From Sulfurimonadaceae bacterium (GTDB lineage Bacteria > Campylobacterota > Campylobacteria > Campylobacterales > Sulfurimonadaceae): 14,370 nt of DNA. Both the position numbers and the translations under genes were made by a program. Below, in pieces: positions 6,042 through 13,798 of the stretch. How positions within the stretch are numbered: position 1 is the stretch's first letter; each line of letters opens with the position of its first letter. Below the pieces are notes generated by a model. It was not told the origin of the DNA. It did not search any database and saw only the letters and a program-made list of their open reading frames with translations. The stretch covers positions 1 to 14,370 of the forward strand of contig JBFESZ010000047.1 in the NCBI GenBank assembly GCA_041548245.1, given 5' to 3'.

Positions 6042-9000
6042 GGGAAGAGATGAACATCAGCAAAGAGACCTTAGATAAAGTCAAGGATGTCGCGACACAG
6101 TGGCAGAAGCTTATAGAGAGTGATCGCGAACGATCAGAACAGCTTTTTCATGAGACGATGATCCGTATGCTTAAAGACCCTATCAACAAGGTCTTTCTTA
6201 TAGAGCTTCTTGACCAGAGTTTTCGTTCACACTCTCCAAAAAGAGTCGCGGATCAGTTGGAGTTCCTGTTTGAAAAGTACAGGGACACTGAGTTTTTTAC
6301 AGTGATTGAAGAGCTGCTGATATGGATGTTTCGCAATGTCGGTATCTACATGCCTAAACTCTCTGTTCCTCTTTTTATAAAATACCTTAGAAATGATGTC
6401 AAAAATGTTGTCATACCGGCAGAACCTTCTGCGCTGATTGAGCATATCAAAAGACGAAAGGCCGAAGGTACACGCGTTAACATCAATATTATCGGGGAGA
6501 TGGTGTTAGGCGAGGCGGAAGCTAAAGAGCGTATTAAGAAATACATAACGGCGCTTGAGCATCCCGAGATTGACTATATCTCTATAAAGATATCGACGAT
6601 CTTTTCACAGATCTCTCCTATAGCGCATGAATGGAGTGTCACACAGATCTCCCAAAGGCTTGCCGAGATTTATGGGGCCGCAATGCAGCATACCTATATG
6701 GATAGTCAGGGCATACAGAGGCCTAAGTTCATCAATTTGGACATGGAGGAGTATAAAGACCTTCATCTTACCATAGATGCTTTTATGCTCACACTCTCTC
6801 GTGAAGAGTTTTCCTCTCTGTATGCCGGAATCGTTGTCCAAGCCTATCTTCCAGATGCACTCGAACAGGTCCAAAGACTTACTAGATGGGCAAAAGAGCG
6901 TGTGAAAAATGGAGGAGAAGCGATCAAAATCCGTCTGGTCAAGGGCGCCAACCAGGAGATGGAGCTGACTGAATCAAGTCTGCGGGGCTGGCCTTGTGTC
7001 ACCTATGACAAAAAAGCACAGACGGATGCAAACTTCAAAAAAATTATAGACTACCTGCTCAATCCCAGCATCTCGCCATCTGTGCATGTAGGCGTGGCAT
7101 CCCATAATCTTTTTGATCAGGCACTGGGGATGCTTTTGGCTCGAGAACGCGGTGTTGAAAATTACTACAGTGCCGAGATGCTTGAAGGAATGAGCGAGAC
7201 CGCCTACAAGCTTTTAAAGAGAGAGAATATCAATGTCGTACTGTATGCTCCTATCGCCACGCAAAAGACTTTTACCAATGCAATCGCCTACCTTGTAAGA
7301 CGTTTTGATGAGAATACGGCAGAGCAGAACTTTTTACGGCACAGTTTTGGACTGCGTGCCGATTCAGCATCATGGCAGAAGTTGCTTCAGAGTTATGATG
7401 ATGCCATTAGCTCTATACAAAGCCTTCATCTCAAGCCTTTTCGCAGCCAAGACAGGAATGAGACGCCTGAAAAACCGGACATAGATATTCAAACCTATGT
7501 GTATCAAAGTGAAAGTGACACAGATTTTTCTCTGTCTCAAAACCAGAGATGGGCTGTAAAGATAGTCAAGAAATGGAAAAATATTGCTCAATCAGGCGGA
7601 TATAATGTCTCATCTGTCATTGCAGGAAAAGCTGTGGAGTCTACAGATGTCAAAGGTGTGATGGACAAGTCCCAGTATCATCAGAGAATATCTGTAGGAA
7701 GTTACATCAAAGCTGCGCCAAAGGATTTGGTACATGCTGTCGAGACAGCTAAAAAAGATCCTGACGCTTGGAGAGCACTCTCTTGCAGGCAACGGCAGCA
7801 GATATTGATGAATGTTGCTCATGAGTTTCGTAAAAAAAGGGCTGATCTTATCGGTATAGCAGCGGCAGAAGTCGGTAAGGTGTTCAGCGAGACGGATGTG
7901 GAAGTCTCAGAAGCAATCGACTTTTTAAACTTTTACCCCTACAGTGTTATCAAGATCGATGCACTCGAAGACGTGCAGACACAAGGTAAAGGTGTCGGGC
8001 TGGTCGTAAGTCCGTGGAACTTTCCTATTGCTATTGCCACGGGGGGCATTGCCGCTGCTTTGGCAGCCGGGAATACGGTGATCCTCAAACCCGCTTCGCA
8101 GGCTGCCTTATGTGCGTATATGTTATGCGAATGCTTTTGGAATGCAGGTGTAAGTAAGAACACTCTACAGCTTGCACTTTGTGATGGGAGTGTCGCGGGA
8201 GAGCATCTCATTAGCAATAATGACATTGATTTTACGATCTTTACTGGCAGTGAGGCGACTGCTTATGAGATGCTCAAGATCAGGCCGGATATGCATCTAA
8301 GTGCCGAAACGGGAGGAAAAGACGCGACGATTGTCACCGCGATGGCTGATCGTGACCAGGCCGTAAAAAATGTTGTCGCCTCTGCTTTTAGCAACTCAGG
8401 ACAGAAGTGTTCGGCAACCTCGCTTCTTGTGCTTGAAAAAGAGCTCTATGAAGATGAGGAGTTTAAATCGATGTTAGTCGATGCAACTTCATCGATTGAA
8501 GTCGGTCCGGTATGGGAGCTCAATAACAGAATAGGAAGTCTAGTCTCATTTCCTACAGGAAACCTTCAAAGGGCATTGGATTTTCTCGATGATGGTGAAA
8601 GTTGGCTTATTCCACCTTCATACGCAGATGACAACAACCCTTATATACTCAAGCCTTCCATTCGATGGGGGACGAAATCGGGGGACTTCTGCCATATGAA
8701 TGAGCTTTTTGGACCGGTCTTAAGCGTGATGTGCGCAGAAGACCTTGATCATGCCATCGATATCGTCAATGCGACAGGCTATGGCTTGACCTCTGGTCTG
8801 GAAAGCCTTGATGAGCGTGAACAAAAGCAATGGAAAGAGAAGATACTCGCTGGAAATCTCTACATCAATCGAGGGACGACGGGAGCCATAGTATTGAGAC
8901 AGCCATTTGGCGGAATGCGAAAATCAGCTATTGGAAGTGGTAGAAAAGCCGGAGGATATAATTATGTGGCCCAGTTTATGCGCATTGATGCACAGATAAA

Positions 9001-9628
9001 TAATGCTAAACGCACAAAAGAGCAGTTTACTTTGTTTAATGGAGTTGAAAAACTGATTGAAGGATCAGAGTTTGCAGATCAACTCGAAGATTCTCTTGCG
9101 CTTTTGTACACTTTTGCGCGAATCAATGATGAGGAATTCAGACAGGAACATGATTATATGCATATCAGAGGTGAATCCAATGTCATCCGTTATCTTGGGG
9201 TAAAGAGTACGCTTTTGCGTCTTGGCAATGAGGATGGCATCTTGGAAATCATCTGTTCCTACTTCGCAGCAAAGTTGGCAGGCTCACGCGTTACATTTTC
9301 ACTTGATATCGGCCATAACAGCCGAGTCCTTAACTGGCTGAAACTCAATGCCTCAAAGTTTATCTCACAAGAAGATGAACTCATCGTAGAGTCCTATGTG
9401 ACCTTTATCGGTATGATTAATAAGTATGATCGGATACGGGTCTTGAGACCACTTGAACAGATGGGATCGCTTTACAAGGAAGCGTCCAGAACAGCCAAAC
9501 ATATAACGGCTGGGCCCTTCGTTTCTCACGGACGTATAGAATTGATGCACTATTATATCGAACAAAGCGTATCTGATAGTTATCATCGATATGGAAACCT
9601 TGGCCTGCGTGGTCTAAAGAAAGGATGA
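6038..9628 (+). CDS. putA: Bifunctional proline dehydrogenase / L-glutamate-gamma-semialdehyde (P5C) dehydrogenase
   Basis: PRODH motifs NLDMEE, VVQAYL, IRLVKGAN, VASHN, AYLVRRFDEN. ALDH motifs SPWNFP, FTGS, ETGGK, SGQKCSA (catalytic Cys), ELFGP, GNLYINRGTTGAIVLRQPFGG. C-terminal extension ending HRYGN as in Helicobacter/Campylobacter PutA. No N-terminal ribbon-helix-helix is evident. Alternative start ATG 6050 with GAGG at 6040-6043. Confidence 0.96.
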   Translation: MREEMNISKETLDKVKDVATQWQKLIESDRERSEQLFHETMIRMLKDPINKVFLIELLDQSFRSHSPKRVADQLEFLFEKYRDTEFFTVIEELLIWMFRNVGIYMPKLSVPLFIKYLRNDVKNVVIPAEPSALIEHIKRRKAEGTRVNINIIGEMVLGEAEAKERIKKYITALEHPEIDYISIKISTIFSQISPIAHEWSVTQISQRLAEIYGAAMQHTYMDSQGIQRPKFINLDMEEYKDLHLTIDAFMLTLSREEFSSLYAGIVVQAYLPDALEQVQRLTRWAKERVKNGGEAIKIRLVKGANQEMELTESSLRGWPCVTYDKKAQTDANFKKIIDYLLNPSISPSVHVGVASHNLFDQALGMLLARERGVENYYSAEMLEGMSETAYKLLKRENINVVLYAPIATQKTFTNAIAYLVRRFDENTAEQNFLRHSFGLRADSASWQKLLQSYDDAISSIQSLHLKPFRSQDRNETPEKPDIDIQTYVYQSESDTDFSLSQNQRWAVKIVKKWKNIAQSGGYNVSSVIAGKAVESTDVKGVMDKSQYHQRISVGSYIKAAPKDLVHAVETAKKDPDAWRALSCRQRQQILMNVAHEFRKKRADLIGIAAAEVGKVFSETDVEVSEAIDFLNFYPYSVIKIDALEDVQTQGKGVGLVVSPWNFPIAIATGGIAAALAAGNTVILKPASQAALCAYMLCECFWNAGVSKNTLQLALCDGSVAGEHLISNNDIDFTIFTGSEATAYEMLKIRPDMHLSAETGGKDATIVTAMADRDQAVKNVVASAFSNSGQKCSATSLLVLEKELYEDEEFKSMLVDATSSIEVGPVWELNNRIGSLVSFPTGNLQRALDFLDDGESWLIPPSYADDNNPYILKPSIRWGTKSGDFCHMNELFGPVLSVMCAEDLDHAIDIVNATGYGLTSGLESLDEREQKQWKEKILAGNLYINRGTTGAIVLRQPFGGMRKSAIGSGRKAGGYNYVAQFMRIDAQINNAKRTKEQFTLFNGVEKLIEGSEFADQLEDSLALLYTFARINDEEFRQEHDYMHIRGESNVIRYLGVKSTLLRLGNEDGILEIICSYFAAKLAGSRVTFSLDIGHNSRVLNWLKLNASKFISQEDELIVESYVTFIGMINKYDRIRVLRPLEQMGSLYKEASRTAKHITAGPFVSHGRIELMHYYIEQSVSDSYHRYGNLGLRGLKKG

Positions 9629-11121
9629 GTATGGAGATACCGGTTTTAATATCATTTTTTGCCTATATGATGGTCATGGTAGGGATAGGGTTCTATTTCT
9701 ATTTTAAGACAGACAACCTAAGTGATTATGTCCTTGGCGGCAGAGGGCTTGGTCCGGGGGTGACAGCACTAAGTGCCGGAGCTTCTGACATGAGCGGATG
9801 GCTTTTACTCGGATTGCCAGGAATGATGTATGCTGATGGTATAGTCGGCATCTGGATAGCAGTCGGATTGCTCATCGGGGCTTATTTGAATTGGCATTAT
9901 GTTGCCAGAGCGCTGCGTGTGTATACACATAAGCTTGATGATGCGATTACCATTCCTGATTATTTTTCCAACCGTTTTGAAGACAAGAGGAACATCTTGC
10001 GTGTCGTAACGGCTGTTGTGATCTTGCTCTTTTATACGCTCTATACCTCTTCAGGTCTTGTCGGCGGTGCAAAGCTCTTTGAAGCGACATTTGCATTAGA
10101 GTATTCTACGGCACTTCTTGTGGGTACTTTTATTATTGTTTCCTACACATTCCTAGGCGGTTATAATGCGGTCAGCTGGACTGATTTTTTTCAGGGAATA
10201 TTGATGATGCTGGCTCTTGTGGTCACCCCCTTGGTCGTCATCTATCACATAGGAGGCGTGAGTGAAGGAGTGAAACTGATCGCATCGGTTGATACCTCAA
10301 AGCTGGATCTCTTCAGGGGGAGTTCTCTTATCGGGATCATCTCTTTGATGGCATGGGGGCTGGGTTATTTTGGTCAGCCTCATATATTGGTGCGTTTTAT
10401 GTCAATCCGTGATGAAGTTGAGATGGATCAGGCAAAGAGAATCGGCATGAGCTGGATGATTCTTTCTCTCGTGGGCTCGTTGGCAGTCGGATTTTTTGGA
10501 TTTGCCTATGTCGTTGCCGAAGGGGTTGACCTGCAGGACAGTGAGAAGATCTTTATTACGCTTTCACAGTTGTTGTTCAACCCATGGATAGCCGGTTTCC
10601 TGCTTGCAGCAATCCTTGCGGCAATCATGAGTACCATTGACTCTCAGTTGCTTGTCTCCTCTTCTGTGCTTACGAGAGATATTTATCATGCGCTCGTACG
10701 AAAAGAGGCGAGTAACAAAGAGCTGGTATGGATAGGGCGTGCAACAGTCATCATCATCGCTGTGATCGCCTGGTATATTTCAAGCGACAAGGACTCAAGT
10801 GTTCTTAAACTGGTGGCCTATGCCTGGGCGGGATTTGGAGCTGCCTTTGGACCGCTTGTCATACTTTCGCTTTATAAGAAAGATGTGAGTTTATCCGGTG
10901 CTGTCGCAGGTATGGTGACAGGCTCACTTACCGTCATTGTCTGGAAGCAGCTAGAAGGCGGTATATTTGATCTGTATGAACTGCTGCCTGGATTTGTGAG
11001 TGCCTGGCTGGCTATCGTCGTTTTTAGCAAAATGGGACAAAGAAGCTCATACGAGAGTCATAAAACATTTCATGAAGTACATGACAGACTCAACAAACTA
11101 AAAAAGAAGGAGATAAAATAG
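9625..11121 (+). CDS. putP: Sodium/proline symporter (SSS family)
   Basis: DYVLGGRGLGPGVTALSAGASDMSGWLLLGLPG, WGLGYFGQPHILVRFM, LAAIMSTIDSQLL, YAWAGFGAAFGP. Overlaps the putA stop (ATGA). ATG 9631 with AAGGA at 9621-9625 is an equally good start. Confidence 0.96.
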   Translation: MSMEIPVLISFFAYMMVMVGIGFYFYFKTDNLSDYVLGGRGLGPGVTALSAGASDMSGWLLLGLPGMMYADGIVGIWIAVGLLIGAYLNWHYVARALRVYTHKLDDAITIPDYFSNRFEDKRNILRVVTAVVILLFYTLYTSSGLVGGAKLFEATFALEYSTALLVGTFIIVSYTFLGGYNAVSWTDFFQGILMMLALVVTPLVVIYHIGGVSEGVKLIASVDTSKLDLFRGSSLIGIISLMAWGLGYFGQPHILVRFMSIRDEVEMDQAKRIGMSWMILSLVGSLAVGFFGFAYVVAEGVDLQDSEKIFITLSQLLFNPWIAGFLLAAILAAIMSTIDSQLLVSSSVLTRDIYHALVRKEASNKELVWIGRATVIIIAVIAWYISSDKDSSVLKLVAYAWAGFGAAFGPLVILSLYKKDVSLSGAVAGMVTGSLTVIVWKQLEGGIFDLYELLPGFVSAWLAIVVFSKMGQRSSYESHKTFHEVHDRLNKLKKKEIK

Positions 11122-11892
11122 ATGCAACGCCTCGTTATTAAAGTTGGTAGTGCTGTATTGACAGAGAAGAATCAGATTGCCAAAGAACGCATGTTGAACC
11201 TGGTACGGATGATCGCAGAACTAAGGGAGAAATATGATGTTATTTTGGTTACCTCCGGTGCCGTGGCTGCAGGATATTCAGCACTGAGGATTGACAAAAG
11301 CAAGCATATCAGTAAAAAAGCTATTGCTGCGGCAGGACAGCCTATATTGATGTCAAGTTATAAAAGTAAGTTCGATATCTATGAGATCGATACAGCGCAG
11401 ATCTTATTGACAGAGGATGATTTCGACTCGCGCAAGCGTACAAGGATGTTTCAAGAGATTATCAACACGCATCTGGAGAACAATATCCTGCCGATCGTCA
11501 ACGAAAACGATATCACGTCAACACCGGAACAGATCTTTGGTGATAATGATCAACTCTCTGCCAATGTTACCTATGCTACGGATGCCGAGCTTTTGGTCAT
11601 ATTAAGCGATATCGATGGTTACTATAATAAAAACCCGCAGGAATACAAAGACGCAAAACTTTATAAAGTGCTTCACGAGCTTCCCAAAAGGGTAATAGAC
11701 CATGACTCCACGCCGACTAATGATTTTGCTACAGGTGGTATCGTTACTAAACTAATGGCCGCGAACTATCTGATTGAACGAGGGAAAAGGATGTTCTTAT
11801 GTAACGGGTTCGATCTAAGTGCTGCGGAGTCGTTTCTTTTAAAGGGCAAGCATACCTTGGGAACTCTGTTTGAGCCAAAACAAGAGATTTAG
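11122..11892 (+). CDS. proB: Glutamate 5-kinase lacking the PUA domain
   Basis: VIKVGSAVL, VTSGAVAAG, AAAGQ, QILLT, PIVNEND, FGDNDQLSA, LSDIDG, TGGIVTKL. 256 aa, so no PUA domain. Starts immediately after the putP TAG; RBS AAGGAG at 11107-11112. Confidence 0.95.
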   Translation: MQRLVIKVGSAVLTEKNQIAKERMLNLVRMIAELREKYDVILVTSGAVAAGYSALRIDKSKHISKKAIAAAGQPILMSSYKSKFDIYEIDTAQILLTEDDFDSRKRTRMFQEIINTHLENNILPIVNENDITSTPEQIFGDNDQLSANVTYATDAELLVILSDIDGYYNKNPQEYKDAKLYKVLHELPKRVIDHDSTPTNDFATGGIVTKLMAANYLIERGKRMFLCNGFDLSAAESFLLKGKHTLGTLFEPKQEI

Positions 11893-11979
11893 AAAGCAAC
11901 ACGCTCAAAAGAGTCGCTCTCAATACTCTTGTAGGCTCATGAGACAGAGTGAAAAGATAAATTGGAATGTTTGTGTAAT

Positions 11980-12002
11980 TATTGATTAAAATTTAATCAA
12001 TA
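11980..12002. promoter_or_regulatory. Perfect 11-1-11 palindrome TATTGATTAAA-A-TTTAATCAATA (putative transcription-factor site, copy 1)
   Basis: Read directly. The core TGATTAAAATTTAATCA (11983-11999) is followed after 31 nt by CATAAT (12031-12036). Confidence 0.7.
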
Positions 12003-12286
12003 TGTTTTATGTATGTTCGAAGAACAAGGGCATAATAACAGACAGGAACAGATGGAGTTCCTAAAAAAATACTTAAATCCATACTATTAGGGCACTGCCT
12101 AGCCAGCATATAAGTCCCTGTTTTTATTCATCTCCTAACTACAGTAAGAGCATTAAGCCTCTGGCTGTAGGTCTCCTTCTGACATCTATTTTTTGATACA
12201 TTGATTTACTCTCAAAAGAGGCATGTTCTCACTTTATACCCCTTTTATATATTATTAAAGGCAGTGTAATCCCATGAAGATTTAAA

Positions 12287-12303
12287 TGATTAAAATTTAA
12301 TCA
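12287..12303. promoter_or_regulatory. Second identical copy of palindrome core TGATTAAAATTTAATCA
   Basis: 17/17 identical to 11983-11999; followed after 30 nt by TATAAT (12334-12339). Confidence 0.7.
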
Positions 12304-12333
12304 CAAAAACTGATATTTATTGACTGGCACATG

Positions 12334-12339
12334 TATAAT
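12334..12339 (+). promoter_or_regulatory. sigma70 -10 box of the porin promoter
   Basis: Perfect TATAAT about 94 nt upstream of the porin ATG, with an AT-rich upstream region, followed by a structured leader and RBS AGGAG (12422-12426). Confidence 0.65.
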
Positions 12340-12351
12340 TGTTCTCGTAAA

Positions 12352-12401
12352 GCATGACATCATAGAACTCATATTCCGGATGAATACGTTTTTTGTTGTG
12401 C
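12352..12401 (+). other. Stem-loop in the porin 5' UTR
   Basis: GCATGACA 12352-12359 pairs with TGTTGTGC 12394-12401 (two G-U); AGAAC 12364-12368 with GTTTT 12388-12392; TATTC 12372-12376 with GAATA 12382-12386. Confidence 0.55.
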
Positions 12402-12432
12402 CTGAACTATATATATACTCTAGGAGAAAGAA

Positions 12433-13710
12433 ATGAAGTTAATCAAAATGAGTCTGGTGGCAGGATTATTACTGGGTGCAAACCTGTATGCCATTGACAA
12501 TGTGAAAGTAAATGGGGATGCGAAACTTTTATATGGTACACAAAGTGAAGACTTAAGTGGGAATGCTACTGATAACGGATCATTGTTTGAAAAGGATTCC
12601 AGCTACGCAGACCTTGCGTTAAGAGTCGGTATGACAGCGGATCTAAGTGAAGGTGTTTCAGCTGGTGCTACCTTTCTTGCCGTTTCAACACTTGGTCTGG
12701 ATAACAATTTGGTATCTGGTGTATGGTCAGGTGCCCATCAAGCGTCCAATGGTGCAGTTGATGATGCAGCATGGGTATCTGAAGCTTGGCTTGCCGGTAC
12801 GGCAGGAAAGACAACGGCTAAAGTCGGCCGCCAGACCTTAGAAACACCATTGGTATTTACCGAAACATGGGCAGCTGATTACAACTCATTTGAAGCAGGT
12901 GTTTTAATCAATGAAGATATCCCTAGTACAACACTTATTGGTGCCTATATTGGAAAATCAAACGGTTTTGCTAGTGATCCTAATACCGGAGCGAATCTGG
13001 CCAGTATAACATCGGCAGGAGGAAAGTTTAACTCTTTTTATAACGGTGCCTATATGCTCGGTGCAACGAACAACTCTTTTGAGCCGTTGACGGCACAGGC
13101 TTGGTATTATGACCTGCAAAGCTATGCCAAAGCGTATTGGTTACAAGCGGATCTAGACATGGAAGGGATTCTTGCCGGTGTACAATACACTGATATCAGT
13201 TATTCTGCGACAGGTGATAAAGACAATACAGCCTATGCCGCAATGCTTGGTTATGCGATGAAAGATGTGGTCACAGTCAAACTGGCGTACTCTTCTGTTG
13301 ACGATGATGCAGCTACTTCGAATAATGGAGCAGGTAATACAAATGGAGCAAACGGTGTGGTCAACTTTGCGACGGATGGTCAGGGTGCCGGTTCAGCATC
13401 TTCGCTTTATACTGAGATGTGGTGGTGGTTTAACACAGTAAGTCTTCCGGGTGCTGATTCACTTGCATTGACATTTGAAGGAACGGCAGCCGATGTTGAT
13501 CTTTTCTTAGGTCTATACAGTTCAGAGATAGAGGTCGCGGGTAGTAAGGATGAAGTCGATGAGATCACATTCACAGCGTCTAAGTCTTTTGGTCCATTAG
13601 ATACTTCAATTGCACTTATCCATGATATGTTTGATACTAATGGTGTAAAAGGTGCAGATTATGTTGATGATCTGACTTCAGTACAACTGTATCTTACTTA
13701 TAACTTCTAA
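12433..13710 (+). CDS. porA: Major outer membrane porin, Campylobacterota MOMP/PorA-like
   Basis: Signal peptide MKLIKMSLVAGLLLGANLYA resembling Campylobacter MOMP. NVKVNGDAKLLY first strand, KVGRQ.L.TP motif, LTAQAWYY, terminal aromatic strand LYLTYNF. Strong RBS. The gene symbol is family-level only. Confidence 0.82.
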   Translation: MKLIKMSLVAGLLLGANLYAIDNVKVNGDAKLLYGTQSEDLSGNATDNGSLFEKDSSYADLALRVGMTADLSEGVSAGATFLAVSTLGLDNNLVSGVWSGAHQASNGAVDDAAWVSEAWLAGTAGKTTAKVGRQTLETPLVFTETWAADYNSFEAGVLINEDIPSTTLIGAYIGKSNGFASDPNTGANLASITSAGGKFNSFYNGAYMLGATNNSFEPLTAQAWYYDLQSYAKAYWLQADLDMEGILAGVQYTDISYSATGDKDNTAYAAMLGYAMKDVVTVKLAYSSVDDDAATSNNGAGNTNGANGVVNFATDGQGAGSASSLYTEMWWWFNTVSLPGADSLALTFEGTAADVDLFLGLYSSEIEVAGSKDEVDEITFTASKSFGPLDTSIALIHDMFDTNGVKGADYVDDLTSVQLYLTYNF

Positions 13711-13725
13711 TCCTAGAAGTCTTCT

Positions 13726-13764
13726 TTCATTCTCAAGTCCGGCTTGAGAATGAACTGTCTTTTC
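13726..13764 (+). terminator. Rho-independent terminator-like hairpin after the porin, between convergent genes
   Basis: Perfect 12-bp stem TTCATTCTCAAG 13726-13737 / CTTGAGAATGAA 13743-13754, loop TCCGG, then T-rich CTGTCTTTTC. A second hairpin ACTTCTA-ATCC-TAGAAGT (13703-13720) overlaps the stop codon. Confidence 0.75.
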
Positions 13765-13798
13765 TAACTTTTTAAGCCTGTTTTGTAGATTGATGATT

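Noticed and set aside
5715-9586. Short antisense ORFs within the TPR gene and putA
   Set aside because: Shadow frames of long conserved genes, with no independent coding evidence.
11905-11950. Possible terminator after proB (AAGAGT/ACTCTT; ACTCTTGT/ACAGAGT)
   Set aside because: The stems are weak and mutually exclusive with no U-tract, so a terminator cannot be called.
11982-12000. TTGAT...ATCAA as an FNR box or Fur box
   Set aside because: The spacer is 9 nt rather than 4, and the arms differ from TGATAAT; kept only as an unassigned palindrome.
11983-12303. Two 17-bp repeats as CRISPR repeats or ends of a mobile element
   Set aside because: Only two copies 304 bp apart, with no cas, transposase or integrase gene and no target-site duplication seen.
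12320-12325. TTGACT as the -35 of the porin promoter
   Set aside because: Only 8 nt from the TATAAT at 12334, so the spacing is incompatible.
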